Part shown: piece after piece, positions 38,883 to 52,589 of the stretch
Layout: each line of letters starts with the position of its first letter
Position numbering within the stretch: the stretch's first letter is position 1
Assembly (NCBI GenBank): GCA_951406725.2
Contig: OX597823.1
Coordinates: 36,828,001-36,892,000 of the forward strand
Direction: 5' to 3'
From: Octopus vulgaris
Lineage: Eukaryota
DNA: 64,000 nucleotides
Program-made: the position numbers and the translations under genes
Notes under the pieces: model-generated
What the model saw: only the letters and a program-made list of their open reading frames with translations
What the model was told of the DNA's origin: nothing
Database searches by the model: none

Positions 38883-39085
38883 TTCAAATTTTGGCATAAG
38901 GCCAGCAATTTCGGTGGAGGGGTGAGTCGATTATATCGACCCCTGTGCTCAACTGGTACCTATTTTATCGATCGCGAAAAGTTGAAAGGCAAAGTCGACT
39001 TCGGCGGAATTTGAACTCAGAACGTAAAGACGGACGAGATGCCGCCAAGCTTATTTGCCCGGCGTGTTAACGATTCTGCCAGCGA
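38883..39085 (-). mobile_element. SINE family A, CpG-intact
   Basis: gaaaggcaaagtcgacttcggcggaatttgaactcagaacgt...cgattctgccagc. Confidence 0.9.
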
Positions 39086-39799
39086 ATATCAGCTGATAAA
39101 TAATTCAAACATTCTTTCTTGTCTCCAGAAGTAATTTCTGGTGGAGCAAATAAGAGGTTTTGATCTTGGGATGTACCGAGAAAACCAGTGACCCTGAAAA
39201 CCTTAACTTCCAGTACTGGTGCTGTCGTTGTTACTGCTGTTGTTGCTACTATTATTGCTGCTGCTGTTATTGTATCAAATTAAAATCTTTTCTTGGAATA
39301 GAAATAAATAAGAAAGATAACAGATAAAAACTGGAAAACGGTAATGGAGATTAGGAAGTAAAAATGAAAAAAAAACAGAAAAGAAAAATGGAGTGAGGTT
39401 AAGAGTGTATGTAATATGAACAGAATGGGGTGCTGTTAAAAGGCTAAACTGTGGTAATTTTTAGCGAGTGGCCTCTATTTCTATGTTATCTTTACTTGAA
39501 GTCATTTTATCAATTGTAAGCTGTTGTAGCATGTAAAACAATAATGGAGCCTGTACAAGTCACTTGACCAACCCAAAATAGCAACCAAATCTCCTATATA
39601 TTACAACCCACCGTTTTAAACAATTTACTTCTAGATATATCTTAAGTGGCCGAATGATCACGGCTAAACTTCCTTTAATCATAGGTCTCTATTCTATTGG
39701 GATTGACCAAGGGCTAAACAACAACAGGTAGGTCAGCTATATACATTATATTCTGACCGTCACACGATCACACAGTAAACTATTACTACAACAACAACA

Positions 39800-39864
<65 letters not shown>

Positions 39865-39866
<2 letters not shown>

Positions 39867-40150
39867 TCTACTATAGGTATGAAAACTGAAATTGTTCCCA
39901 ATACGTAACTGGTACTTAATTTATCAACCCCGAAAGAATGAAAGACGAAGTTGACCTCGGAGGAATAATAATAATAATCCTTTCTACTATAGGCTAAGGC
40001 CTGACATTTTGAGAGAGGGGACTAGCTGATTAGATCGACCCCAGTGTTTCACCGCTACTTAATCTATTGACCCCCAAAAGATGAAATGCAAAATTGATCT
40101 CAGCGGAATTTGAAATCAGAACGTAGAGTCAGGCAAAATGCCGCTAAGCT
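39865..40150 (-). mobile_element. Two partial SINE family A copies
   Basis: ctttctactatagg...ggtacttaatttatc..cccgaaag repeated either side of (AAT)n at 39964-39978. Confidence 0.8.
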
Positions 40151-40221
40151 TACCGGTGCAAGATCGACACTACCCGGCTGGCGCGTCCCCGAATCTCCAC
40201 TGTCACTTCGCCCGCCTTTCA

Positions 40222-40592
40222 GACAAAACGGTGAAACCTTATGGCATATTACCAGCCAATGTACGCCACCAGCCCAGAAGGAATATAAGAGACGCCACGA
40301 CAATATAGCCAGACTTGTCCATTGGACATTTTGAAACAAGTATGGACTTAACAGAGCAAAAAGTTGGTACGACCACAAACCTGAAGGCATCGTCGATAAT
40401 AGAAGTACAAAGATCCCATGGGATTTTATGATTCAGTGCGACCATGAGATAAGGAATAGGAAGCCAGACATAGTCTTAATTGAGAAAGAAAACAAACTAT
40501 GCTGGATCATAGATATAGCATGCCCAGCTGACAGCAGGGTATGCGATAAGGAAGAAAGAAAAGTCGAGAGATATGACAGGTTAGCTTGGGAA
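40222..40592 (+). mobile_element. R4/Dong-type LINE fragment (CCHC and REL endonuclease)
   Basis: ETLWHITSQC..AQKEYKRRHDNIARLVHW, WDFMIQCDHEIRNRKPDIVLIEK..CWIIDIACP. Confidence 0.9.
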
Positions 40593-40644
40593 CAACAACA
40601 ACAACAACAATAATAACGATGATGACGACAACGACGACGACGAT

Positions 40645-42550
40645 GAGGAACAGAAAGGATGCAGTAAACAAAGTAGAACAACAAAAGATCACTCATTAAT
40701 TGATAAAATGATAATTAGAAATTGTAGACGCAGATTAACGTGACTGAATATAGCATGGCTAGATTACAAAAAAAGCATATGATATGGTACCACGCAGTTG
40801 GATAATTAAAACAATGAGCATGTTTGGAATAGCAAAAACATGGAGAAAATTCTTAATGAAAATACGAAACGTTGGAATACTGAATTGATCGGAGGAAAAC
40901 AAAAACTTGGAAAAATGGACATCAAACGTGAAATATTCCAAGGTGATAGCTTATCTCCATTACTTTTCGTTTTGGCCATGACACCATTCACTATGATACT
41001 AAGAATGGCTTACAATTTGGGAAATGGAAATGGTCAGATAAATCAATTTTTCATGGATAATATAAAGGTTTATGCAAAAAATGAGAAACAGTTTGAAAGT
41101 CTTGTAATACTATCCGCATTTTTTCAAATGACGTTGGTGTGGAATTTGTAATAGAAAAGGAACTGAAATGCTAAATGGGTAAACAAAGAGAGAGGGTGAG
41201 AAAGGACAGTGGTATAAGTACTTGTAAATACTGGAAGTAGACGAGATAAAAAAATGGAAATTACCAGTAGGGAGTACACAAGGAGAGTAAGAATATTATT
41301 GCAGTCAAAGCTGAATTCCAAAAATCATATTGAAGTAATAAATTCAAGAGCAATAACCTTAATCAGATATGAAGTTGGAATTATAGGCTGGGCTAGAAAA
41401 GAAATGAAACTTGACAGAAATACTAGGAAGTTGTTGACGATGTACGGAGCCCATCATCCGAAAGCTGATATCAACCGGCTGTACTTGAGGAGAAACTAGG
41501 GTGGAAGAGGCTGAATAGCAGTAGAAGAAAGTGTACAGATAGAAAGAAAAATCCCAGTAGAGTATTTACAGAGCAGCACAGAACTACTAAAGACAGTTTA
41601 TAAAGAAAATGATGAAGCGCATAATAGGAGAAAAGGGACAAGAATGAAATACAAAGAGAGCACATCTGACAGATCGAAGAGAAATTTCTGCATGGCCAAT
41701 TTTGGAGGGTCAATGAAGATGTATGTGGAACAAAATCCTGGGCCTGGTTTAAAAAGGGACATTAAAAAAAGAACCGGGGGTCCTAATTGTAGCAGTCGAA
41801 GATTAAGCGATAAAAACAAACAACTTGAGAAAAAAATAGATATGGAGAGAATGTGTCAGAAAAATGTAGAGCCTGTAGAACTGGGAACTAGACAGTGGCA
41901 CACATTGTGGCAGAGTGCCAGAAGTTGGCACAGGAAGCATATAAGAAATGGAGGCACGACCAGGTTGTAAAAGTTTTACACTGGAAATAGTACCAGAAAT
42001 GGGGATTTGAAGCTAGAAACACATGGCACAATCATCAAGTCGAAAGAGTTTTGAAGTCGGAGAAATGTAAAATTTCGTGGGACTTTCCTATTCAAACGGA
42101 CAAGAAATTAGGAACTAATAGACCAGACAAAACGATTATAGATAAGGAAAATCGAAGATGCTTACTTATCGGCCCATCTTGCCCGTTTAATTCTAGGATC
42201 GTAAAGAAAGAGGAAGAAAAAGAGTAAAAATACAATCTCTTAAAATTTGAAACAGGAATAATTTGGAGCATGCGAACTGTAAAAGTCGTGCCTATAATAA
42301 TTCGTGCGTTGAGAACAGTGAGCAAAGATTTAGACAAATGGCTATATCTAAGGAGATCGAAATGGCTATATATAAGGAGATGCCCGGTAGAGATCTTATA
42401 GAAACTTTGTCTCTTAGGGACAGCAAGGATTATCAGGAGGGTTCTAAGCACTTGAAAGACTGCTGAAAACTTGTGGATACCTAGGGTTACAGGTAGTAAC
42501 CCGCTATCCACATAATTCATATGAGGAATAAGATCGAACATAAGCCAAAC
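40645..42550 (+). mobile_element. R4/Dong-type LINE, decayed RT to REL and 3' end abutting (AAT)n
   Basis: EEQKGC, AWLDYKKAYDMVP, IFQGDSLSPLLFVLAMTP, FMDNIKVYAK, HHPKADINRLY, WDFPIQTDK..NRPD; (AAT)n at 42552-42638. Confidence 0.92.
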
Positions 42551-42551
42551 C

Positions 42552-42637
<86 letters not shown>

Positions 42638-42638
<1 letters not shown>

Positions 42639-42810
42639 CCTTTCTACTAAAGGGACAAGGCCTGAAATTTGGCGGGGAGAGGACAAGGGGATTACATCGA
42701 TTCCAATGTTTCACTGGTACTTAATTTATCGACCCCGAAAGGATGAAAGGTAAAATTGACCTCGGTGGAATTTAAACTCAGAACGTAGCGATGGGCGAAA
42801 TACTGCCAAA
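42638..42810 (-). mobile_element. SINE family A, tail-to-tail with the Dong element across (AAT)n
   Basis: cctttctact...ggtacttaatttatcgaccccgaaaggatgaaagg...gaactcagaacgt-like. Confidence 0.9.
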
Positions 42811-42815
42811 TAATA

Positions 42816-42852
<37 letters not shown>

Positions 42853-42869
42853 CAAAAACAACAACAATT

Positions 42870-43660
42870 CGAAGTCCTGTGCAATCATATATACATTTTG
42901 ATTCCCATAGGACTACACATACATCTCAATGTTTACACAACTACGTGAAATTTACAGGACCCACATTCATGCATATGAAAACACGTATCACAAATGAAGC
43001 AAAAACAGAATCAAAACTTTTTCTTTTATTATTTTCATTTTTCGAAATAACACAGAGTGAACCATTCATAAGTTTAAAAGCACCACAAAAAACTATGCTC
43101 GGAGATAAATCTATCAACAAAAAAATACAGACGAATACAGATCTGTTAGCCTCTGGTACTTCACCATTCAAACTGACAGAAATATAGATGCGAATAGGCC
43201 AGACATCATATTGAAAGACTTCAGACAAAAATCATGTCTCTTCATTGGTATGACTGTCCCAATCGGCATAAATGTATCTGTCAAGACCTACCAAAAACTG
43301 AGCATCTATAAAGATTTTGAAATAGAAATTGGAAAAATGTGGAACCTGAAGACTAAAACAATACCTGTTGTCATAGGTGCCCTTGGGAACGATAGCTAGC
43401 TTAGATATCAGGAAACCCCAAAATGGCAGAAATTCAAAAGATAGTGCTCATGGGAACTGCCCATATCCTACGTAAAATACTTTCTGTGTAATCTCAAATT
43501 TTAAAACAAACTCATAGTTTTCTTGTTTTCTTAAGTATTTTCTAGAATACTATGTGCAAAACCAACTATATGGCACCCTAGGCATAACACGAACATGAAC
43601 TTGAGGTCTCTGGGTGAAACTTGGAGCCAATTTGTACAAATACAAAGCATAAATCAAACA
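42870..43660 (+). mobile_element. R4/Dong-type LINE fragment (REL and 3'UTR), internally deleted
   Basis: IQTDR.IDANRPDII, VKTYQKLSIYKDFEIEIGKMWNLKTKTIPVVIGALG, EIQKIVLMGTAHILRK; AAT-rich flanks. Confidence 0.88.
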
Positions 43661-43689
43661 TATAATGATAATAATATTAACAATAATAG

Positions 43690-44108
43690 TTTCAAATTTT
43701 GCCATAAGGTCAGCAAGTTTGGGGGAGGGTGATTGCTAATTATATCGACCCCAGTGTTTCTCTGGTGCTCAATTTAGCGACCCCGAGAGGACAAAAAAAA
43801 AAGAGTGAATCTCAGCGGATATGAACTCAGACCGTAAAGACGGACGAAATACCTATTTCTTTACTACCCACAAGGGGCTAAACACAGAGGGGACAAACAA
43901 GGACAGACAAACGGATTAAGTCGATTATATCGACCCCAGTGCGTAACTAGTACTTAGTTTATCGACCCCGAAAGGATAGAAGGTAAAGTCGACCTCGGCG
44001 GAATTTGAACTCAGAACGTAACGGCAGACGAAATAACGCAAAGCATTTCACCCAGCGTGCCAATGATTCTGCCAGCCCGCCACTTTAAATAATAATGTTA
44101 ATGATAAT

Positions 44109-44161
<53 letters not shown>

Positions 44162-44357
44162 GGTTTCAAATTTTGCCATAAGGTCAGAATTTTGGGGGAG
44201 GGGGATAGCCGATTACATTGACCTATTGTTTGACTGGTACTTAATTTATCGATCCCGGAAGGATGAAAGGCAAAGTTGACCTCGGCGGAATTTGAACTCA
44301 GAACGTAGCGACGGGCGAAAAGCCGCTAAGCATTTCGTACGGCGCGCCGACGATTTA
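43690..44357 (-). mobile_element. Three tandem SINE family A copies, CpG-intact
   Basis: Repeated tcgaccccagtg..tacttaatttatcga..gaaagg..gacctcggcggaatttgaactcag at ~43745, 43930, 44240. Confidence 0.9.
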
Positions 44358-45491
44358 GCTGCTTTGCGGCTACTTAGCCCTCATGTTCAGTATTGCAGTT
44401 GGCTGTGGAAAACAGACAGACCAAATCACATGACCTGCAGTTGACAGTGAACAGTGATCGAAACAGAAAGAGCAAGGATGAAAATTTTAAATTTGTTTCA
44501 TTTTATTTTGTATGTTTGTTTGATCTAATGTTGGTTCTGAGGTTTCATTCCAAGACTTCCTTGTACACAACATTTTGAGTGAATGTCAAACTTGGCATGT
44601 TGAACCATTTGAATGATTCTTGATCTGCCCAGATTCTGATGTGTTTGTCCCTACACCTTGACAAAGCAACATAAAGCTGGACGTGAGAAAAGACACTTTT
44701 GGGAAGAATGATGCCACACTTGTCAAGAGATTTTCCTTGTAATTTGTTGATGGTCATTGCAAAGGTCAATCTTATAGGAAACTGCCGTCTCTTGAATCTC
44801 CAAGTCTGTTGTGAGCAAAATGAAAAAAAATAAAAAATGAAAATTCGATAGAAAAAAAAAATGAAAATTCGATAAAGACAAAGAAGCGAACACTGACTGT
44901 TGCACCATGGGTAATTACTGTTACGCTAGCCACACACCTTACCTGGTACCAGGTACGTGCTGTTAGTCGTGTGTGTTCGCACGAATAAGTCATACTTTAT
45001 TTAATGGATGACTGTTATTAATAACCGGTGATAGTGTGCACTCTTAAAAAAAAAACGAACACTGCCTGTCGTACGGTGGTTATTATTTAATGAATGGCTG
45101 TTAAACGCCGCTAAGCGAATCGAAATACTTACTGGTATGCAAAAAATGGTACACGAATTCCAACGAGCAAAACTAATAACACCTAAAAAGCAAACACTGG
45201 CTGTTTTACGATAATGGCTATTCTTATATGAATGGCTGTTAAACACCGCTACGCAAATCGAAATACTTAGCTGTTGAGTCGCGAAAATACGCTAAATATG
45301 TATTCGAATTCCAACGGACTGATAAAGTCCATCCAAAATATTTTTTATTGCGACTCATGAATTTCAGTCGGTTATTCCGATTCGAATTGCTGCATCTCTT
45401 CCACCCAAATCGTGTATTTCGGTCCCCGCCATGCAGTTTCGGACTGTCGGTTGGATGGTTGGATGCATGAATTTCCTATTATAGTAGTAAA
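44357..45491 (-). mobile_element. Non-autonomous Helitron carrying the Pif1-helicase C-terminus
   Basis: RRQFPIRLTFAMTINKLQGKSLDKCGIILPKSVFSHVQLYVALSR...NVVYKEVLE* (44545-44790); 5' end TTTACTACTATAATA resembles TCTACTA..; imperfect 3' hairpin TAGCCGC-AAA-GCAGCTA. Exact termini less certain than the helicase call. Confidence 0.85.
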
Positions 45492-48304
45492 TATGATGTT
45501 TGTTATTTAAAAAGAATTGTAAAAATGAAATCTTTGGTAATCTATTTGAATTACCATGTCAGAAATGAAAACCATTAAATTCCCTGTGTTACTACTTTGT
45601 GTCTCAATCAGATTTGTTGTATCCATTGCAATCATTTAATTTAAGGTGGCATCGAATAAACAATAATATCGGCACCATTCATCGTTTCAAAGCATTCTAT
45701 TTTCACAGAGAGAAACACCTCTAAACATTGTTAGTAGCATCATATTACTCAGTTTTATTTTGATAATTATTGAATAATCTTTCTACCACAGTATTTAGTG
45801 GAATCAGGTAATATTCAGAAATTCAAAGCGACATCTCTACAAGAATTTCCGCCAGTACCATCTTTATAATAAACATTTCTACTGAGCTATTCCACTAAAT
45901 AAATACAGTTCTATTGGAATTCAACATTTGCTATTTTATTATCATTTAAATTCATTGACTCCAAAAGAGGACTAATTGCTTTCTTGATACGTCTCAAAAT
46001 ATTTTCTACAGAAAAGCATTTTCTGGAATCGTTGTTTGAATTGTTTCCAAAATAAAAGAAAAAAATTTCAGTTCCTCTCTTCAATATTTTTTCTTTCATC
46101 AGCTGTTATCTTCTTGAGCATCATCTTTATAGTTTTTCTCTCAAACCTGTTGTCGATGTTAGGGTTAGGTTTCCTAAATTCTTTCATATTAGAATTAGGA
46201 TCAAGAGTATCTATGCCGCGTGTTGACAGTACGAAGATAGTCGCAACAGATTTGATCAAATGGAAAAGATTTCGGAACATGTGCCTTAAAACTAAATATA
46301 GAAAAAAAAATCAAATATATTCTTATAATCACAAGGCATTTTATTTAGCATCTGTTGGGCAATAAAAAAACTTTTGTATTCATAATTTTAAACTTTGTAA
46401 TTCAAGCCACTAATTCGAAATTCTATCTGCAGCAGCTTCAGTAGATAACTATCGAATCGTTGCACATCCGTTTAACATCTTCAATGGTTCTTTATCAAAA
46501 ACAACAACATACAACTAGTTTACAGATTTTGCATCAGATTAAAGAATAGTGGTGCTGGTAGGGGAATCACTTACAAAGTTTCTGCAACCAAAAAGTTTTA
46601 GTGAGTCTTTCGGCACAAATATGAAGTACTACCAATTGCAAAGATAAAGAGACACATCTAAACAGAAGTAACAACGGAATTTCCTTTAATTCTCGACGCA
46701 AATATTATGAAGTCTTACTAATATCAGCTTTACTAACTATTTCTTTTCAAAACAACTACAATTCTGTTTGCATTATAATTCTCTAAAACTTCCAAATCGA
46801 TGTATGTATACAGTTTCTTTGAAAATATTACTGAAATATAATCCAATCATTTCCAGAAGCTTCTTAACTGAGATACCATTGGATTCCTCTTATAGAAGAC
46901 TAAACTTATCAGTTCCTCCATCAGAAATTAATTCCTTCTCAAAGGAAGAAACATATCCTTTAAAATCTTGACACATTTGATTCAACGCAACTTCCCCTTG
47001 GAAACAGTTACGCTACAAAGTATTTTTGGTACAAATCACGGGTGTTCAATAAAGAATGGCAACCAATATACATTGGAAATTTAGCTTCCAGAATTGTTTC
47101 GTATGGAAAATTGGTAACAGGAATTACTTTAAATGGAGCTGTTGTCTTATGTATGTTTCTCTAGTAACGGCTGGTGCCATACATAGAATACTTTCCATGA
47201 TATCACATCTCCAAAATTTTGCAGTATGCTTTGGGTGTATCGGCACGGATTTCATATAAACACTGTATGTTGGCGTAGCAAACCATTCCTTTCAGAATAA
47301 TCTCTTAGGTACATTCTCGTAAAATGGAAAAAAAGCTGAAGCAAACTTTAAATGAATACCGTTTTAAAAGCACACGTTAAAATTCACAAATTCAATTCCT
47401 TGACAATTATTAGTTGTACAAGACAATTTACTGAAAAATGGCATTAGATAACGAGAATAATTGACAACTGGCAAACGACCTTTGGTATTTTGAAAGTGTC
47501 TATAGGGACATTCCTGTGTAAAATACTACAAAAGTCTTCATACTTTCATAGAGGAGTCATCAAATGTTGCTGTCAGTTGGAATTAAGATGTGTGCGTGTG
47601 GGAGGTGTGGAATACACAACAACATTAACGATAATTTCAGGAATCAAGTCTAACATAGACATAGTATTGGCTCATGGACCAGTGTGAGCCAAGTTTCACG
47701 TAGAGTTGACTATTTTCTAGCAACCGTCTCTCCCTCAGACACACATTCACACGCATGTACACACTTACACACTCATATATACTAAGTTCGTTCACAGTGC
47801 TCGGGAGTAAGTCTAAAGGCAAAGTGATCGGACATGCCTGAGTAATTCCCATCCGAGGAGGAGGAGGAGGAGGAGGAGGAGAGCTGCTGTGGATTGGCCC
47901 ATAGGTGGAGTTGAGTTCGGTACGTCAAGTCAATAAATCATTTAGGAAACTTCAGGTAGTCTTTATATCGGTTAGAAATAGCAGTCTAATCGTCAAATCA
48001 CACTCTACAATCTTAAAACCATGAAAGCACACAAAGACCAACGTAGTCCTTGGATATAGGAAAAGATAGGATACTCACTGATGCAGAGAATATCATAACC
48101 AGGAGCTAAACAACAACAACAACAACAGCCATAACAAAAACAACAAACATATCAACAACAAACAACTGCAGCCATTCCAACAACAAGGAACAATAAACAA
48201 CAACAAACATCTACGAACAACCACTTTTTACAGTGGCGCTGCCATTGTTCCTCATGCTCCAAGGTAGTTGGGCGAGGATCACGGAAGAGCTCTATTTGCG
48301 TTGG

Positions 48305-48339
<35 letters not shown>

Positions 48340-48496
48340 ATATACACACACTCTCATGCCGATATATGCACATAAACCGACACACATACACAGAAGGTAG
48401 AGTGAATGATACATTCTTAGCAGCTGGCATCACATTTTCTCTCTCAATTTCTGTCTCTCTTAGTAAATGTAAACATATCAACCACGCACACACACG

Positions 48497-48577
<81 letters not shown>

Positions 48578-48880
48578 ATATACACACATACACGCATGCA
48601 CACACACACACACACACGCGCATGCCCTGTAGAAACTTTAGTACTTTAGTGAAACCTAGTCTTGTCTAAATACCATTTCCATTTAATTGGCAATTTACAT
48701 AAATTGGAGGAACCAACAGAAGTTTACTTTCAATTATTTTTCTCATACTTTTTCTTCATATCGTCAGTCTTCTATCTGAATGGAGGGACGTAATTTTAGT
48801 ATGTACGTATTATGTATGTATGTATATATGTATATCAGTATGTATGTATGTATGTATGTATGTATGTATGTATGTATATA

Positions 48881-49070
48881 ATTAAAAAAAACTAGGAAAA
48901 CACAAGGAAAAAACAACAACGCGAGAGCGTGGTACATACAAAGTATTGAGCAGACGCTCAGGGAAGGAAAGAAAAGTAGTTTTACGTTTCGAGCAAAGCT
49001 CTTCATCAGAAACAGGAAAGGGAGGAAAGTCCAAGAGAAAAGGAAGGCGGAGAAAAAAAATCACCAACGA
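48881..49070 (-). mobile_element. ~190-bp Penelope pLTR/retrozyme-like monomer
   Basis: Similar to 58464-58655; contains a minimal hammerhead; next to (TATG)n. Confidence 0.65.
48979..49013 (-). ncRNA. Minimal type I hammerhead-like motif
   Basis: GTTT-CTGATGA-A-GAGC-TTT-GCTC-GAAA-CG-TA-AAAC; palindromic ACGT stem III; one extra A after the core. Confidence 0.6.
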
Positions 49071-49074
49071 TATT

Positions 49075-49470
49075 ACTCTTTTACTTGTTTCAGTCATTTG
49101 ACTGCGGCCATGCTGGAGCATCGCCTTTAGTCGAGCAAATCGACCCCGGGACTTATTCTTTTTGTAAGCCCAGTACTTATTCTATCGGTCTCTTTTTGCC
49201 GAACCGCTAGGTGACGGGGACGTAAACACACCAGCATCGGCTGTCAAGCAATGCTAGGGGGACAAACACAGACACACAAATACACACACATACATGTATA
49301 TATATACATATATACGACAGGCTTCTTTCAGTTTCCGTCTACCAAATCCACTCACAAGACATTGGTCGGCCCGGGGCTATAGCAGAAGACACTTGCCCAA
49401 GATGCCACGCAGTGGGACTGAACCCGGAACCATGTGGTTGGTTAGCAAACTACTTACCACACAGCCACTA
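49075..49470 (-). mobile_element. Near full-length SINE family B, CpG-intact
   Basis: AGTGGCTGTGTGGTAAG (A box), GGGTTCAGTCCC (B box), CTTGGGCAAGTGTCTTC, internal (TG)n, 3' GACTGAAACAAGTAAAAGAGT. Confidence 0.92.
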
Positions 49471-49492
49471 TACACATACATACATACATATA

Positions 49493-49524
<32 letters not shown>

Positions 49525-49822
49525 ACTGGCACTCTGTCGGTTACGATGATGAGGCTTCCAGTCGATCCAATCAACGGAACAGCATGCATGTGGGATTAAC
49601 GTGCAAGTGGCTGAGTTCTCTACAGACACGCGTATCTCAGGGAGATACAACGTGACACAGAATGTGACAAGGCTGGTCCTTTGAATCACGAGTACAACTG
49701 AGTGGACTGGAGCAACGTGAAATAAAGTTTCTTCCTAAAGGACACGACGCGCCGCCGGAAATCGAACTCACTACCTTACGATTGCAAGCCATATATCTTA
49801 ACCACTTAGCCACGCAACTTCA
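49525..49822 (-). mobile_element. SINE family C flanked by (ACT)n on both sides
   Basis: GCGTGGCTAAGTGG, GAGTTCGATTTCC; matches the 22561 copy; (ACT)n at 49494-49522 and 49824-49905. Confidence 0.9.
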
Positions 49823-49905
<83 letters not shown>

Positions 49906-50434
49906 GTTGTAGTAGCAGTATTGTTCAGTCGCCTGAAATCAGTTTAACGTTACCGTAATTATCACAGTTACTATGGTTACAAAAACTATCAGTTTGTTTC
50001 TTCCCCACTTCATCTGACTGTGTAGCCCACCTCCAAACACACATGCCGTACGACATGACTCCGGCACCCTCTTCACCCCTTACCTCTCACGCCTCCCCTA
50101 ATAATCGGGTAAAGCATACGACAAATCTAGTTGCTTGCTGCTTGTTAGAGCGAATTTTCAGGCCAGATTGATGTGGCAGTTAAGAAGTTTTACTGAGATG
50201 AAGTCGGGAGATCAGTCTCGCGAGATTAATTAGACTCGCAACAGAGCAGAAAGACGAACATTATTTCGATGTAATTCTACTCTTTACTCAACAACTTTTT
50301 CAACTGTTTATATAAGTTGTTAAACGCTGAACAGTTGAAATGCTGTCGCCTGCTTAATGTTTCGGGATATAAATCGATATAGCAGAGTTTTACCAATAAT
50401 AATAATGGTGATGATGATGATGATGACGACGACA

Positions 50435-50505
<71 letters not shown>

Positions 50506-50506
50506 A

Positions 50507-51013
50507 AATGCCCTGATGCAATACCAGGCAGTGGCTTTCATGGCTTTTTATCTTAACTGATTGGAAGTGTTATCTTGTACATTTGTTTTGTCTACAGCAA
50601 ATATTCTGCTCAATACCACAGATTTGCTTGTCACTTGTTTGATCCTACTTGTGCATCTCTGATCATGAGGGGAAGCAGTGGGGGAGCATCATAGCCTTGT
50701 GTTGAGAGGAATTCTTTGGGGTTTGGATAATTCACCTCTGGAAACATGGGTGTTTCATTCAACATCCTTAAAGAAGCCTTATTCAAGGACCATTTGAGCG
50801 GGGTGGACTACTTGGCCCTAAGAAAATTCTTACTGGGCCCCACCTGCAAGGTCATGTGCTGTTAATCTTGATATGAGATCACCATGTTGCGCTATATGGT
50901 TGTGATGCATGTGCCTGATGTACCCTTATCAGACGAGTTGTCATGATAGGTATATTAGGCTGCGTATATTTTACCCCAGTGTCACTTTGATGGCATCCAC
51001 TGCTCTTTCACTC
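50507..51013 (+). mobile_element. Second copy of the ~535-bp repeat, between (GAT)n and (AAT)n
   Basis: Reverse complement of 10894-11428 with internal deletions. Confidence 0.8.
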
Positions 51014-51082
<69 letters not shown>

Positions 51083-51106
51083 TATAATGATGATGATGAT
51101 AATAAC

Positions 51107-52572
51107 ACGTTGATCCTAGAAACACTAGCCATGAGCAAGGTAGCGCCAATAATCATAAAATATATAAGGCACTCTATGAATAAATGGCAGCCAGTGCTAC
51201 AGCTCCAAACAAAAGAGGAACTCGTAAAAAACAAAGCCATCCCCATTAGAAGAGAAATATTCTAGGGAGACACGAGTAAGATCAATACTGAAAACAGAGC
51301 TCAATGCTAAAAACAAGATAATAGGTAGCAACACTCTAGCCATCCCAGTTATAAGTTACAGCTACAATATCCTTAACTGGACACTAAATGAACTAACGAA
51401 AATAGACAGGAAAACATGGAAAATAATGACAGTATCAAGGATGCACCACCCAAAATCTGACATAGAAAGGCTATTTATACAACGTATAGAAGGTGGTAGA
51501 GGCCTTATACAGCTGGAAAACTATTACAAAATAACCACCATAGGACTGCAAAAATGTCTGCTTCAGATAGCCACGAAACACGAGCAAAAAACTGTTTTCA
51601 GTCTTTCAGGAAGCTGACAAATACAAACAAAAAGTCATACTACCTAACAACTATGAAGAAAAAGAAGAAGCAACAAAAGCTGTAAAACAAATGAAATCCA
51701 AACCACAACTAGAACAGCAATGGGTCATGATAAAACGATGGCAAGAAAAGCCCCTTCATGGCAAATACTGGATTAAACTAAACGCAAAAGAAATAGACAA
51801 AGCAAAATCCCAACAATGGCCGAGAAGCTCAGGACTCAAAGCAGAGAATGAAAGATTTTTAATTTTAGCGCAAGACCAAAGCCCTCCCACCAGAAATTAC
51901 CAAAAACATTATGAAAAGAAACATAACAAATAACTGCAGAGTATGTGGAGATGGACAAGAAACAATAAATCGAATTGTCTCTAGCTGCCCAATCCTGGCT
52001 AAGGAGGAATATATTCACAGATACGACAGAGTTGGGACCTACATACATTGGAAACTATGCCAACACTATGGAATAACAACAGAAAAAAGATAGTATAAGC
52101 ACACGCCAGAAAAGGTCACAGAAAATGAGAAAGCAACAATATGATGGAATATGCAAATACACACAAAGAAATTAAGGTCAATAGGCCAGAGATCATGAAG
52201 AAAGATGCTTTCTAATTGATGTATCAATATCAACAGATGACAACGTTTCTCTAAAAGAAATGGAGAAACTTTCAAAATACAAAGACTTGGAAATAGAGGT
52301 AACTCGAATGTGGAGTCTAAAAACAGAAAGAATTCCTATCACAGTGGCCGCATTAGGTATGATAAAAAAAACATTCAGACAAATACATAACAAAAGCACC
52401 AGGACTAAGAAATATATGCAACATATAGAAAATAGCACTACTAGGCACCGCACACATCCTACGTAAAACACTTTCAATACAGTAACTATAAGAGTATCAC
52501 AACAAACTACAGCACATATTCAAGGCACACAGAGTGCAGTGAAAGCACGTTATAAAAATAACACTACTGAAT
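51107..52572 (+). mobile_element. R4/Dong-type LINE, decayed and internally deleted
   Basis: IPIRREIF*GD, MHHPKSDIERLF..GGRGLIQL, WQEKPLHGKY, CRVCGDGQETINRIVSSC, EKLSKYKDLEIEVTRMW; follows (AAT)n. Confidence 0.92.
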
Positions 52573-52589
52573 ATTGAGAATGAGGATGA

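Noticed and set aside
44545-44769. Host PIF1 exon
   Set aside because: The C-terminal NVVYKEVL motif and flanking termini are Helitron-type, and no other PIF1 exons are visible.
47850-47940. (GGA)n followed by ATTGG (CCAAT box) as a promoter
   Set aside because: Short common motifs with no linked gene.
50216-50225. TCTCGCGAGA palindrome (vertebrate CGCG/BANP-type promoter motif)
   Set aside because: Single 10-mer with no supporting CpG island, transcription start or exon.
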